Program-made: the position numbers and the translations under genes
The notes under the pieces: generated by a model
Seen by the model: the letters and a program-made list of their open reading frames with translations, nothing else
What the model was told of the DNA's origin: nothing
Databases searched by the model: none
Virus record (IMG/VR): IMGVR_UViG_3300002461_000841
Span: 503-64,502 of that record
DNA: 64,000 bases
Source of the DNA: a virus
Strand: one strand, 5' to 3'
Shown here: piece by piece, positions 10,064 to 19,800 of the stretch
How positions within the stretch are numbered: the first letter of the stretch is position 1
Layout: each line of letters starts with the position of its first letter

Positions 10064-10896
10064 CGATGATGCACGAACAAGCATGCGTGACGTGCGGCGG
10101 CCTAGACATCGCCTGCCGCTGTACTACCGTGCCCCCGGCGAGTGAGCCAGAGGCGGTACGCGCGGCGCGAGACCTGGCCGCGCTGACTGCCGACGAGCAA
10201 CCCGCAGACGACGCTGAGTGCGAGCGTATCGCAACGCGCTACAGCGACGACATCGTAGTTCGTGACGACATTCGCGTCGTCGCCCGCCACATCCTCGCCC
10301 AGCACGCAGCCGCCGAGCGCGCGAGGGAGGGGATGCCGGAGGCGGTCAGGATTGCGAGGGCCGTTGCCAAATGGGAGGACATCGACGGCCGCACTGGCGG
10401 GGACGCGCTTGCCATCAGCTTCGCCCGCTACATCGTTGAGACCCACGCCGCCGCCGACCGCGCGAGGGAGTCGATGCCTGCCATGGTGCGAGATGCGGCG
10501 GCTCGTCTTGCAGGCGAGACAACGGCCGGGCACCGGGAAATGACGGACCGTGCTCTCGTCGAGTGCCACGCCCAACTCGCCGCGTCGCGCGAGGAGTGCG
10601 AGAGGGTGAGGGGGGAGCTTGGCGTCGAGCGCGTACTGGTGAAACTCGCTGACCAACGCGCCGCTGGTTCGGACAGGGATGCTGCCGCCCTCGCTGCCGA
10701 ACGCGACAAGCTCCAGGCCGAGCTGGAAGCCGCGAACGAGGCACTCGTGATCTTGGGTGAGACGACCACGGAGGCGATGGTAAAACTGCGCGCTGGCCTG
10801 CTTCGTGCGCTGAGCAACTGGGAGCACAAGCGCGCTGTGACCTTCGACGAGTACACCGAGCTGCTCGGGCTCGCGACGGGAGAACCGAAGGCGTAA
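10060..10896 (+). CDS. Helical/coiled-coil protein with internal repeats
   Basis: HAAAERAREGMPEAVR / HAAADRARESMPAMVR. Confidence 0.55.
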   Translation: MTMMHEQACVTCGGLDIACRCTTVPPASEPEAVRAARDLAALTADEQPADDAECERIATRYSDDIVVRDDIRVVARHILAQHAAAERAREGMPEAVRIARAVAKWEDIDGRTGGDALAISFARYIVETHAAADRARESMPAMVRDAAARLAGETTAGHREMTDRALVECHAQLAASREECERVRGELGVERVLVKLADQRAAGSDRDAAALAAERDKLQAELEAANEALVILGETTTEAMVKLRAGLLRALSNWEHKRAVTFDEYTELLGLATGEPKA

Positions 10897-11018
10897 GTTT
10901 TCGGCGCGCTTGCGACATAGGAGCGAAGCGCGGTACAAGATCAACGCGCTCGTCGGCAGTCCCGACGACACCCTCGCCGAGCTCGCTCGACGCGGCTGGT
11001 TTCGTGTACCATCGGCGG

Positions 11019-11870
11019 ATGCCTACTCCGGCCGAGAACGCTCAAGTCTTGTTCGCGTACTGGCGCCTCGCCAACGGCTGGCGCGTCACCACCGAGCCCG
11101 CGGAGATCTTGGCTCGCATCCCCTACGTGGTGAACGCGACGCGAGCAGCCCGCGGGCTCGTCGCCCAGGCGCGTGCGTTGCCCGCCGCGGAAGCTCGCGC
11201 CCAGGTCATCGGATCGCTCGGCGTCCTCGACACCGCACTGATCGCAGAGGCCACCGGGGGCACCGACACGACCTGCGCCGCCGCGCAGAACCTCGTGACC
11301 GCCGTCGACGCGGGCGCGTTCAATCCAGCCAGCGTTTCGATCACGCTTCGGTCGCTCGTCGATGTGCGGCCTCCTCGGCTCATCCTGCTCGAGGGCGTCT
11401 ACGAATGCGCGACTCGGTGGTTTACCTCCGATTACGCCGGCGTGACCTCGTGGGTCAAATCAGTTGGTAACGCGCTCGGCGGCGTGTTGTTCACCATCCG
11501 GGATCAGAACCCGTCCGTGGTCGCGGCGCTCCTGCAGATCCTCGCCGCCGTCCCCATCCCGGAGATGTGGGCTCGAGGCATCACGAACGCCAACGCGCTC
11601 GTCGAGCTCGATGCACGGCTTCCTGGCTCGGGGTGGGCGCAGCCGTCGCGGGTGACCGTCCAGGCGCTCTCTGCGCGCGCCCAGGGTCGAATCGCGCAGG
11701 CGATGACGATGTTCCCTACCGGCGGCTTCCCAATGTTCCCCGACGGCGAGGGTAATCGAGTAGCGACCCTTCCGGCACGTCCGCGGGTCCAATGGGGCCC
11801 GATTCTTGCCGGCGGCTCCGTCGGCCTGCTCGCGGGGGCCATGGCCCAGGTCCGAGCACGGCGCCAATAA
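11019..11870 (+). CDS. C-terminally anchored membrane protein
   Basis: Ends WGPILAGGSVGLLAGAMAQVRARRQ; TACCAT 6 nt before ATG. Confidence 0.6.
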   Translation: MPTPAENAQVLFAYWRLANGWRVTTEPAEILARIPYVVNATRAARGLVAQARALPAAEARAQVIGSLGVLDTALIAEATGGTDTTCAAAQNLVTAVDAGAFNPASVSITLRSLVDVRPPRLILLEGVYECATRWFTSDYAGVTSWVKSVGNALGGVLFTIRDQNPSVVAALLQILAAVPIPEMWARGITNANALVELDARLPGSGWAQPSRVTVQALSARAQGRIAQAMTMFPTGGFPMFPDGEGNRVATLPARPRVQWGPILAGGSVGLLAGAMAQVRARRQ

Positions 11871-11902
11871 TCCTTTCGCTACGTTAGCGGCCTGAACGTC
11901 CT

Positions 11903-12030
11903 TCGTGACTCAGGCTGTTTTTTTTTTCGGGTAAACCTCTAGGGGGTCCCGAAAGTCTTGGTCTACCTAGCCGAAAACTTTCGGGGCCCCCTAACAATAA
12001 TGCTCCAAAAAAAATCAGTGTGAGTCACGA
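11903..12030. repeat. 128-bp imperfect palindrome with three coaxial arms in an AT-rich island
   Basis: TCGTGACTCA/TGAGTCACGA (10/10); CTG-T-run/A-run-CAG; TAGGGGGTCCCGAAAGT/ACTTTCGGGGCCCCCTA (16/17); all centred at 11966/11967. Confidence 0.9.
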
Positions 12031-12192
12031 TCGGCCAAGCCCGCGCAGGAATTGAAGGTGACCTAAAATCCGCCTCCATAACGCATAGCGCCATTAAAGG
12101 CGAACGGGCGTCAAAAAATACTCGACGGATCTTGAAGGTCAGCGTGGCTACAAAACTTGAAATTGTATGTACCGTTCTGATAGTCGATACGT

Positions 12193-13023
12193 ATGGGTCG
12201 ACGTCCAAAAGTTGTGCAAGTGGACCACAGCACGTTCAATGTTCGGCTCACAATACCCAAAAGAATTTGGGACGTGGCCGTGCGGACCGGAGAGGTGATC
12301 GGGGTCCCGCCAAGCGTGGCTGGTGAGGCTGGGATGGCCCTCATATTCAGCCAGCTCAACGGCCAGTTCGCCCACGGCCATGACATGGGCCTCAACGTCG
12401 CCGCGATCAAGCAAGCGATCCAGGACATCTATCGTGCCAATGACGGGCGCGGGAAGCTCGGCGAGGAGATCGACGTCGGACTATTGCATCGCGATCCCAA
12501 GCTCAAGAGTGGGTTCAAGGGCGTGCTCGTGCACTCGAGCGGCGGATGGCGCGCCGAGGCGTTGGTGGACGGGTGTACCAAGCTCCTAGGCGTCGCGCCG
12601 ACCGCAACCGAAGCCGCGTGGGAGCGGCGCCAGTTCTACATCACCAACGGCCTACCGTACGGCGAGCTCGAAACGCAGATCGAGGAGCTGCGCAAGCAGT
12701 ACCCGAGCTACGCGACGGCGCCGCTCGAGGTGTTGATCGAGGAGGTTCGCAAGCACGCTGAGATCGTCGGGCTCACGCAGCAGACCTTCGGGCCAGGCAG
12801 CGCCACGGTCCTACCACCCGGCTACGACGAGGTTGGGAATCGAATCGTGGCGCTGCCGGCGGCCCCCGGCCCGCAATCACCCTCGATCTCGGCGCAGCTC
12901 CGGCTGGCGGCCACTGAACCCCCGAAGATCGAGGCGCTCGGGTTCAAGAATGGGTTGCCGGCCCACCTCGATCCGGCCACCTGGACACCGGGCGCGGGCG
13001 CCGCCGACGACGATCTCGAATGA
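12193..13023 (+). CDS. DNA-binding protein: ribbon-helix-helix-like N-terminus plus AP2-like domain
   Basis: FNVRLTIPKRIWD; SGFKGV...WRA...LLG...TATEAA..R matches the AP2 pattern. Confidence 0.6.
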   Translation: MGRRPKVVQVDHSTFNVRLTIPKRIWDVAVRTGEVIGVPPSVAGEAGMALIFSQLNGQFAHGHDMGLNVAAIKQAIQDIYRANDGRGKLGEEIDVGLLHRDPKLKSGFKGVLVHSSGGWRAEALVDGCTKLLGVAPTATEAAWERRQFYITNGLPYGELETQIEELRKQYPSYATAPLEVLIEEVRKHAEIVGLTQQTFGPGSATVLPPGYDEVGNRIVALPAAPGPQSPSISAQLRLAATEPPKIEALGFKNGLPAHLDPATWTPGAGAADDDLE

Positions 13024-13349
13024 GCCGCCCGAACTACTTCATCTGCGCCGGGCGTTCGCGCGGCGCGCTGGTCGACCTTGAGCACTACGTGGAGCTCACC
13101 GGGCGCACCCGAAAGCAACGGCGCCCGGCGAGCACGTACTTCTCGGGCACCGATCGCGAGTATCGCTGCGCCACGTGCGGGCACCTCGGGTGGTCATCTC
13201 ACGTCGAGCTGCCGATAGTTGCCGCGCGGATCGTGCCGCCGCAGCCAGCCTTACCGAAGCTGTTTAGCCTTGGGCAGCACGACTGTGATCAGGAGGGTGA
13301 GCAACCCGAGCGCGACCACGACGCCGAGAGCCTTCACCCAGGTCGGTAG
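13020..13349 (+). CDS. Hypothetical protein (CxxCxH)
   Basis: ATGA overlap; YRCATCGH; 3' end overlaps a minus-strand ORF. Confidence 0.4.
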   Translation: MSRPNYFICAGRSRGALVDLEHYVELTGRTRKQRRPASTYFSGTDREYRCATCGHLGWSSHVELPIVAARIVPPQPALPKLFSLGQHDCDQEGEQPERDHDAESLHPGR

Positions 13350-13520
13350 GCTCGGCGTCGCGATGTCCTTGATCGTCGGGCCCGCGAGCGCGGCCTCGGC
13401 CGTTGCGGATTGCATCTGCATGAGCCCCGACGTCGGGATGTTCGGTGCGGGCGCCTGCGGGGGCCCAGAGCCCTGAGTGGTGAGGAATGGCGTGGCCGGC
13501 GGGTTCATCCGCCTGAGCAT
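13251..13520 (-). CDS. Small C-terminally anchored membrane protein
   Basis: Ends WVKALGVVVALGLLTLLITVVLPKAKQLR. Confidence 0.55.
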   Translation of the reverse strand: MLRRMNPPATPFLTTQGSGPPQAPAPNIPTSGLMQMQSATAEAALAGPTIKDIATPSLPTWVKALGVVVALGLLTLLITVVLPKAKQLR

Positions 13521-13643
13521 ACACGAAGATGCGGAGGGGCGCCCCACGGTCGAGGGGGCTCACCGTGGGACGCCTAGGTTCGTCGGATGTCGGAGTCCGT
13601 CGACCTGTTGACCGTTCTACACGACCGTGGATCTCGACGCAAA

Positions 13644-14009
13644 TCAGGTCTTGTGCCGAGCCCGCTCACGTTCGCAGTCGACGATCTTGCTCACGAACGC
13701 GGTGAACTCGTTGCATAGGTCGAGATCGTTGTCTGAGAAGTCCGGCAGTCGCGGCAAGTAGGCGGCAACCTCCTCGAGCTGCATCGCGGGCCAACCACGC
13801 GTGGTCTCCGGCGGCAATTGTCCAACAGCGAACTGAACGATCGGCAGCATCGCGCGCACGAGTGGAACGAGATCGCGTTGGGTCGGCGAGAGCTGCGTTG
13901 CGCGCTCCTGCGCGAGACTTGAGATCAGCTTCGCGTTGCTATCGTGGAGCGCCTTCTCGCGGGCGCGCATCTGATCGAGTTCTTCGAGCGTGATCGTGAC
14001 TGTTGCCAT
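13644..14009 (-). CDS. Hypothetical protein
   Basis: Box+TAGCGT 7 nt before ATG. Confidence 0.6.
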   Translation of the reverse strand: MATVTITLEELDQMRAREKALHDSNAKLISSLAQERATQLSPTQRDLVPLVRAMLPIVQFAVGQLPPETTRGWPAMQLEEVAAYLPRLPDFSDNDLDLCNEFTAFVSKIVDCERERARHKT

Positions 14010-14039
14010 GCGCGGGACGCTACCGCGTCGGGCTGACAG

Positions 14040-14249
14040 CTAGTGCTTTGGGGGCATCAAGTCCGGTCGATTCTCAGCCACCAGCCATTGCAGTCGCCGT
14101 GTGAGGTGGACGACCGGGTTTCCGGTGGGCCCTTTGAGCCCGACGCCTGCGTCGGTACACGGCATCAGCGGTTCAGCGTCGCATACACGGCAGCCGACTG
14201 ATAGATCCTTCGCGTACACCTCTTCGGGCGTTCCAAGAGTCGGGGCCAT
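14040..14249 (-). CDS. Small Cys/His protein
   Basis: CRVC...C...H...R pattern; operon spacing. Confidence 0.5.
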   Translation of the reverse strand: MAPTLGTPEEVYAKDLSVGCRVCDAEPLMPCTDAGVGLKGPTGNPVVHLTRRLQWLVAENRPDLMPPKH

Positions 14250-14251
14250 AG

Positions 14252-14581
14252 TTAGCTCTCCTCGATGGCAGAACCCACCGTCTCAAGCCCACGCTGCATG
14301 ATGCCCGCAACGACCGGCGTGAGCACGAGCATCATGAGCCCGACCCCGATCGGCTCAATGCTGATGCTGGTAGTCCAGGCCCTGCCGCGCAGGATGCCGG
14401 TGTCGAGGCGCAACACGAGCGCGGCGATCACGCCATACCAGAAGCCCGAGCACGCGGCGCAGTCCATGAAGCGGGCGAACGGCTTTGGGTATCGCGACCA
14501 CAGCCAGCCCGTGATCTTCGCTCGAGACCCGAGGTAGAAGCACGCGGTGCAGAGGAGCGCGTAGATCAGGATCGCGAGCAC
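14252..14581 (-). CDS. DUF1360-like membrane protein
   Basis: Hydrophobic segments and FMDCAACSGFW motif. Confidence 0.55.
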   Translation of the reverse strand: MLAILIYALLCTACFYLGSRAKITGWLWSRYPKPFARFMDCAACSGFWYGVIAALVLRLDTGILRGRAWTTSISIEPIGVGLMMLVLTPVVAGIMQRGLETVGSAIEES

Positions 14582-14583
14582 GG

Positions 14584-15015
14584 CTAGTTCACCTTGAAGC
14601 GCTTGATCACGTCGTCGCCGGTGACCCCGTCAACCTTGTCGACGAGCTCCTCGGGGAGCGTATCCATGGCGCCGCCGGCGCGCGCGATCGAGGACCCTGC
14701 GCCGGCCACCCACTTCTCGCACAGGTAGGTAGGCTGGATCAGATCGCCCACCGGCTCCCCGGTGGCGGTCTTGCCCACATCGCAGGTCACGAGGCCGCCC
14801 TTGGCGATCACCATGTCGACCTGGTGCACGTTCGTCTTGATCGCCTTGACCCGTGGATCCGCCTCGCCGAGCGGGGCGTCGATCGCGAGGCTGAGGGCGC
14901 GTTGCAGGAGCCCTTCACGCTTGGCCTCCCATAGCTTCTGGGGATCCTTCTGGTTCTTGCAGTTCCAGCATCCGGTTGACCGCTCGAACGTGCGTTTGGG
15001 GAGAGCGACGGGCAT
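14584..15015 (-). CDS. Cys-containing hypothetical protein
   Basis: CWNC, C, CEKW; operon spacing. Confidence 0.55.
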   Translation of the reverse strand: MPVALPKRTFERSTGCWNCKNQKDPQKLWEAKREGLLQRALSLAIDAPLGEADPRVKAIKTNVHQVDMVIAKGGLVTCDVGKTATGEPVGDLIQPTYLCEKWVAGAGSSIARAGGAMDTLPEELVDKVDGVTGDDVIKRFKVN

Positions 15016-15139
15016 TACCCGTACCGTTCCCCCATTCGCCTGCGTCTGTCAAATCCGACCTGCGTGCTCCGGTAAAATTGACACCGTTGGCGCAAATGGC
15101 CATGCTGCCGGGACTCGAATGGGAGGCCGGACCGATCAC

Positions 15140-17197
15140 ATGAGCCGCAAGATGGAACTCGCCCGTAAGGCGTTCGATGATGCCGTCCTGATCACGATGA
15201 CTGAACCCCTCACGGTTCGCGTCGAGAAGATCAAGGGCCACGCGCGCACCCCGATCCCGATGCCCGCCTCCGAGGGCGGCGACGGCTCAGCACCTGGATC
15301 GGGCTACACGAAGGACGACATCAAGAATCTCGAGCAGTGGCTCGTGACTCAGTGGTCCGGCGGTGGCCTCTACGAGATCACGGTCACTGACTCATCGGTC
15401 TCGCCCATCGCCATGAAGTGGGCCCCGCACTGGGACCCACGCGAGTACCCCGAGATCGTGCCGCCGCCGCTGCGTAGCGCCGTGAACGGTAACACCTCCG
15501 CGGCCCCGCCGCAGATCGCTCCCCCTCCCCTTCACCCCAGCCTGCAGGTGCCCCGCATGTCCGCCTTCCCGAACGGCCTCCCCATGACCCCGCTCCCGCC
15601 GCAGCCGCAGCAGCAGCCGCAACCCCAACCCGGCTTCTATCCGTCGCCGTACCAGCAGATGATGCCGCCGCTGCCGCCCCAGTACATCGGAACGCCGCAG
15701 TGGAACCAGTACAATGCGGAGCAGGAGCGTCGGAAGCAGGATGACGAGCTGCGTGCCGAGCGCGCGCGGCGCGAACAACAGGAGCGCGAGATGCTCGCGG
15801 CGAAGCACTCTGCCGAGCTCGAGAAGCTCCGTGCCGAGGCCGATCGGGTCAACCGTGAAGCCGCGCAACGTCACGAGGCCCAGCTCGCCGAGATGCGCTC
15901 CTCGATCGCTGCGCTGACGGCCCAACTCACGAACCAGCCCAAGGAAGATCCGAAGCTCGCTCTCATGCAGGCCGAGCTCGCCGAGGCACGCCGTCGTGAG
16001 GAGGCCGCCAAGGCCGAGCGTGAGCAGGAGCGACGCGATCGCGACATGCGCGATCTGATCAAGGCGCAGCAGGAGGCCACCGAGCGGCGCATCGCCGACC
16101 AGCAGCGTCAGTTCGAGGCGATGATCGCGGCGATCCGCGACAGCGGCAGCAAGCCCGATTCGATGCTGCAGCTCGTGAAGGACATGCAGCGCGAGAACGC
16201 CGACGCGCTCAAGGAGATCGCGCGCACGAGTCAGGCCTCGATCGACAAGTTGCAGGCGTTCATGATGAACCCGCGCGACATGATGCTGATGGCTCGCGAG
16301 AGCCAGCAGGGCACCGAGGCCGCAACCGATCGCATCTCGCGCATGTTCGGTGGCGTCGTCGAGATGCAGCAGAAGGTGATGGAAAACGCGCTCGCGATGC
16401 AGCCGCAGGGCGGCGGCGTTGCTGACGTCGTTCGCGAGGGTATCCAGACCGTGAAGGACACCGCCGAGCGCTATATCGGCGGCAAGGCCTCCGTCGAGCG
16501 CGCACAGGCGCAGGCGCAGGCGGAGATCGCTACCGCGCAGGCGCGTGCGATGGAGGCCCAGGCGCTCGCGAACCACCCCAACGCGCAGGTGATCTACACC
16601 GCAGGGCCGGGCGCCGAGCAGGCTCAGATCCCCCAGGGCGCGGGCCTGAACGGCGCGCAGGAGCCGCAGGCGACCGTCACGCCGATCACCGAGAGCCGGA
16701 AGTCGCGGAAGGCGAAGAAGCGCGACGCTGAGGCGCCCACGGGCCCCGAGGTGAAGCGCCTCGGCAAGACCGATCGCGAGTGGTTCGGGATGGCGTATCC
16801 GCAGGTCATCGAGGAGCTGCGTCCCGCCGTCGCGCGCTACCTCGAGTCATGCGGGATGACCCCGGTGCGCGTCACCAAGACGGGCGCGATCGACGGGTCG
16901 CCGCCCGAGGATGTCGTGCAGGTCGTCATGACCGCGCTCGGCCAGTCCGTGCAGTACGGCGTCAAGATCCCCGCGCTCATCGATCTGCTCATCCCCGAGC
17001 GCTACGCCGATTTCGCGGACGTGCTCCTGCCCGACGCGACCCAGCCGTACCGTGATGACGTCGCGCAGATGCTCGCGGGGGCCGTCGAGCGTTTCAAGGA
17101 GCTCACCGGCGAGAAGCCGGCCAAGGCCGACGCCGACGCCGACGACGACGAGGGCGAAGACGACGACGAGCCCGACGACGACAAGCAGGCGTCGTAG
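15140..17197 (+). CDS. Large Pro/Gln-rich coiled-coil protein with acidic tail
   Basis: PQ-rich linker, long E/R/Q heptad region, DDDEGEDDDEPDDD end; start moved to ATG 15140. Confidence 0.7.
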   Translation: MSRKMELARKAFDDAVLITMTEPLTVRVEKIKGHARTPIPMPASEGGDGSAPGSGYTKDDIKNLEQWLVTQWSGGGLYEITVTDSSVSPIAMKWAPHWDPREYPEIVPPPLRSAVNGNTSAAPPQIAPPPLHPSLQVPRMSAFPNGLPMTPLPPQPQQQPQPQPGFYPSPYQQMMPPLPPQYIGTPQWNQYNAEQERRKQDDELRAERARREQQEREMLAAKHSAELEKLRAEADRVNREAAQRHEAQLAEMRSSIAALTAQLTNQPKEDPKLALMQAELAEARRREEAAKAEREQERRDRDMRDLIKAQQEATERRIADQQRQFEAMIAAIRDSGSKPDSMLQLVKDMQRENADALKEIARTSQASIDKLQAFMMNPRDMMLMARESQQGTEAATDRISRMFGGVVEMQQKVMENALAMQPQGGGVADVVREGIQTVKDTAERYIGGKASVERAQAQAQAEIATAQARAMEAQALANHPNAQVIYTAGPGAEQAQIPQGAGLNGAQEPQATVTPITESRKSRKAKKRDAEAPTGPEVKRLGKTDREWFGMAYPQVIEELRPAVARYLESCGMTPVRVTKTGAIDGSPPEDVVQVVMTALGQSVQYGVKIPALIDLLIPERYADFADVLLPDATQPYRDDVAQMLAGAVERFKELTGEKPAKADADADDDEGEDDDEPDDDKQAS

Positions 17198-17390
17198 TGG
17201 CGCCCGATCAGCCCAAGACGCCGCCGCGGTTGGATGTGATCGTTTCGCGCTCCAACAGCGAGCCCACTGGCGGCTATGACGCGCCCATGATTCGCTACGG
17301 GCACTTCGTCACGCGTGACAAGTTCGGCAACCCGATCAAGTCGAACACGCGCTAGTTGTCAGCCCCACGCGGTAGAACCGAAGCCAGATC

Positions 17391-17657
17391 GTGAAGGCCT
17401 GGCTTAGCTACCTTGCCGATGCTGCTGCGGCCATCGGCTCCATCGTGGTGCTCGTCTTGATCGGCCTACCGGCCTACGTGCTAGTGGTCGGCGCGGCGTT
17501 GCCGGTGCTCGCTTTGGGGGCCCGCGAACGAGCATCTATGATGCTCCCCGAGATATGCGTGTTGGCCTTGATCTGGCCAATCACGCTCGCCGTGTTCATG
17601 CTGCACGTAGCCGTCGGTGCCCGCCGCGCGCTGCCGCCCGGGGACGGTACCCCTTGA
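17391..17657 (+). CDS. Small membrane protein
   Basis: Two hydrophobic stretches; promoter box upstream. Confidence 0.45.
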   Translation: MKAWLSYLADAAAAIGSIVVLVLIGLPAYVLVVGAALPVLALGARERASMMLPEICVLALIWPITLAVFMLHVAVGARRALPPGDGTP

Positions 17658-17901
17658 TGCCCGCAAGCCCGGTCACGCGCGCATCGAAGATGCGGAGCAA
17701 CGTGAAGATCGAGATGAGCCCGCTCGCGATGGCGGCACCGGCGAAGGCCTGCTTGGCGGGCACGCCCACGACCATCATCGGCGGCGCGATCATGATCGTG
17801 CGCGCCACGGTCCACCCGAGAAGCCGGATCCCAGAGCCCTTGTCGCGCTCGAGGACACGGGCAGCAGTGCGGTACGTAGGCAGGGATGCTGGTTGGGACA
17901 T
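17596..17901 (-). CDS. Small membrane protein
   Basis: TAGAAT 8 nt before ATG 17901; hydrophobic segments, basic end. Confidence 0.55.
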   Translation of the reverse strand: MSQPASLPTYRTAARVLERDKGSGIRLLGWTVARTIMIAPPMMVVGVPAKQAFAGAAIASGLISIFTLLRIFDARVTGLAGIKGYRPRAAARGGHRRLRAA

Positions 17902-17928
17902 CGCCCCCGATTCTACCAAAGGAACCCC

Positions 17929-18630
17929 ATGAGCAGCAAAATCAGGCTGGGCCTCGCCGTGATGGCCTACGGCGGCCAGGTCCATTCCAAGCACGTCGGC
18001 ATGTGGCTACGCATCGGAAACACCCTCGCCATGTCGCCGGACCGCTTCGAGCTCGGCGCCGAGGTCATCGTCGACACCAACCCCGTCGATCGCGCGCGTA
18101 ACTTGGCCGTGGCGCAGTGCATGGTGAACCGCTGTGACTGGATGCTGATGATCGACGCCGATACGTGGATCGAGGAGCCCGCGACGATGACGGACGCGCA
18201 CGCGGGCACGCTTGCACTGCGCATGATCTCCGACGCGGATCGCGCGGGGGCTGCCATCGTCGTCGCGCCGGTACAGCGCCGCGTGGTGCCGGGCACCGCC
18301 GAGCGGCAGCTCATGATCTATCGGCATGTCCCAACATCGACAACGCCGATAGGGGAGGCCGCAGTGCGGTTTCATCCTGGGGGGTACACGCCGTTCGACC
18401 ACAATCCAGGGGCCATGGTCGAGATCGACGCTGCCGCGACGGCGGTGATGGCGATCAATCTCAACTGGCTTGCGCAGCATGAGATCATGTTCAAGTTCAC
18501 CGACGACCGCGCGGAGGACATCAACTTCTGCCATGACGTGAAAGCGGCTGGCGGCAAGATTCTCTGCGACGGGCGGGTCCGCACGGGCCATCAATCGAAG
18601 TCCGTCTACCTCTACAGCGACGAAGGATGA
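17929..18630 (+). CDS. GT-A fold (family 2-like) glycosyltransferase
   Basis: RARN...WMLMIDAD (DxD); EDINFC...D.RVRTGH. Confidence 0.7.
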   Translation: MSSKIRLGLAVMAYGGQVHSKHVGMWLRIGNTLAMSPDRFELGAEVIVDTNPVDRARNLAVAQCMVNRCDWMLMIDADTWIEEPATMTDAHAGTLALRMISDADRAGAAIVVAPVQRRVVPGTAERQLMIYRHVPTSTTPIGEAAVRFHPGGYTPFDHNPGAMVEIDAAATAVMAINLNWLAQHEIMFKFTDDRAEDINFCHDVKAAGGKILCDGRVRTGHQSKSVYLYSDEG

Positions 18631-19268
18631 CCAGCACCATGGCGACGAAGAAGACAGCGAAGAAGCCCACGAAGAAGCCTGTAGCCAAGAAGGCGCCAAA
18701 GCAACCGAAGCCAACTCTTGTGACGGTGGCTGTCACCGTCAAGATCGGACGCGAGACGTTCAAGTTCGGAACTGCCGAACCCGAACCGCTCACGCATGCG
18801 GCCGTTGTCGCATTCACGGATGTGTTTGGAGGCGTGATCCATCCAGTATTGCGCGAGTTCATGTCGAAGCGCGATCGTAAGCGCCTCGCGAGCACGCTCA
18901 AGGCCTGGAACAAGGCCAACCCGCGCCCGGTCGATCCGCCCACCACCGTCGACGACGGGCCGATCGCCAATGGCGATGCGGTGGCGGCCGAGAACGAAGC
19001 CAACAACGTCGACGAGGGATTTGATCCAAACGTCGTCGATAAGCTCGATGGTGCCGAGCCCGAGAACGTGGAGCCCACCGAAGACGAGCTGTTGGGCGAG
19101 GAGTCCGACATCGACAAGCTCAAGATCGTCGCCGCCGAGGGTTCCATCCGTGGGCACGTCGCGCGCCGCCGCCTCCGCGAGCTCGGCGAGGGCGCCTACG
19201 TCGAGAGCCTCGGCTTCACGGCCGAGCCCAGCTCCGCGGTCCTCGACGATTCCGGCGAGTACCCCTGA
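18627..19268 (+). CDS. Hypothetical protein, Lys-rich N-terminus, acidic C-half
   Basis: KKTAKKPTKKPVAKK; ATGA overlap. Confidence 0.6.
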   Translation: MTSTMATKKTAKKPTKKPVAKKAPKQPKPTLVTVAVTVKIGRETFKFGTAEPEPLTHAAVVAFTDVFGGVIHPVLREFMSKRDRKRLASTLKAWNKANPRPVDPPTTVDDGPIANGDAVAAENEANNVDEGFDPNVVDKLDGAEPENVEPTEDELLGEESDIDKLKIVAAEGSIRGHVARRRLRELGEGAYVESLGFTAEPSSAVLDDSGEYP

Positions 19269-19432
19269 TGTGGCGGATGATCCACTGGCGGCTCTGGACG
19301 GCTGACCTGTTCTACAAGACGGTCGGGCGTCCGGCCGAGTTCCTCTACTTCGACGACACGGTCACGCCGACGACGGTGCGAGTGACCCCGCGTCGAGGGC
19401 CCACCACGCTGCTTCTGGGAGGCACGACATGA
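19268..19432 (+). CDS. Small hypothetical protein (54 aa)
   Basis: Hand translation MWRMIHWRLWTADLFYKTVGRP...; TGATG and ATGA couplings on both sides. Confidence 0.45.
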   Translation: MWRMIHWRLWTADLFYKTVGRPAEFLYFDDTVTPTTVRVTPRRGPTTLLLGGTT

Positions 19433-19800
19433 GCAACACCACTGCCGAAGAAATGGTCAAAGCGCTCGTCGCCGATGTGATGTTGAAGGCGCTCGACGAG
19501 GCGAAGTTCGAGGAGCTTCGTAAGGGCGCGATCAAGTACCTGCTCGAACCTGAACCACCGTCTAGCCTCGCTTTTGGGGCAAAGCCGGGACCGAGCCGGC
19601 TCGTCGCGATGTTCAATCAGCAGGTCTCGGAGTTGGCGCACAAGGAGCTCAAGAAGTACGTCGCGGACGACGAGGGCATTCGTGACGCGATTCGGGCGGC
19701 GGCCAAGCGCATCATCGAACGACTCATGACCGACGAGCTCGTGCTCGACACCGTTGCTGGCAAGCTCGTCGAAGGTATCCGCCAGCTCAGTTGGCGCTAG
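19429..19800 (+). CDS. Hypothetical helical protein
   Basis: GGAGG SD and ATGA overlap. Confidence 0.6.
   Translation: MSNTTAEEMVKALVADVMLKALDEAKFEELRKGAIKYLLEPEPPSSLAFGAKPGPSRLVAMFNQQVSELAHKELKKYVADDEGIRDAIRAAAKRIIERLMTDELVLDTVAGKLVEGIRQLSWR

Noticed and set aside
11903-12030. Confirmed protelomerase telRL site
   Set aside because: Palindrome is imperfect at its centre and no protelomerase is seen; kept only as a possibility
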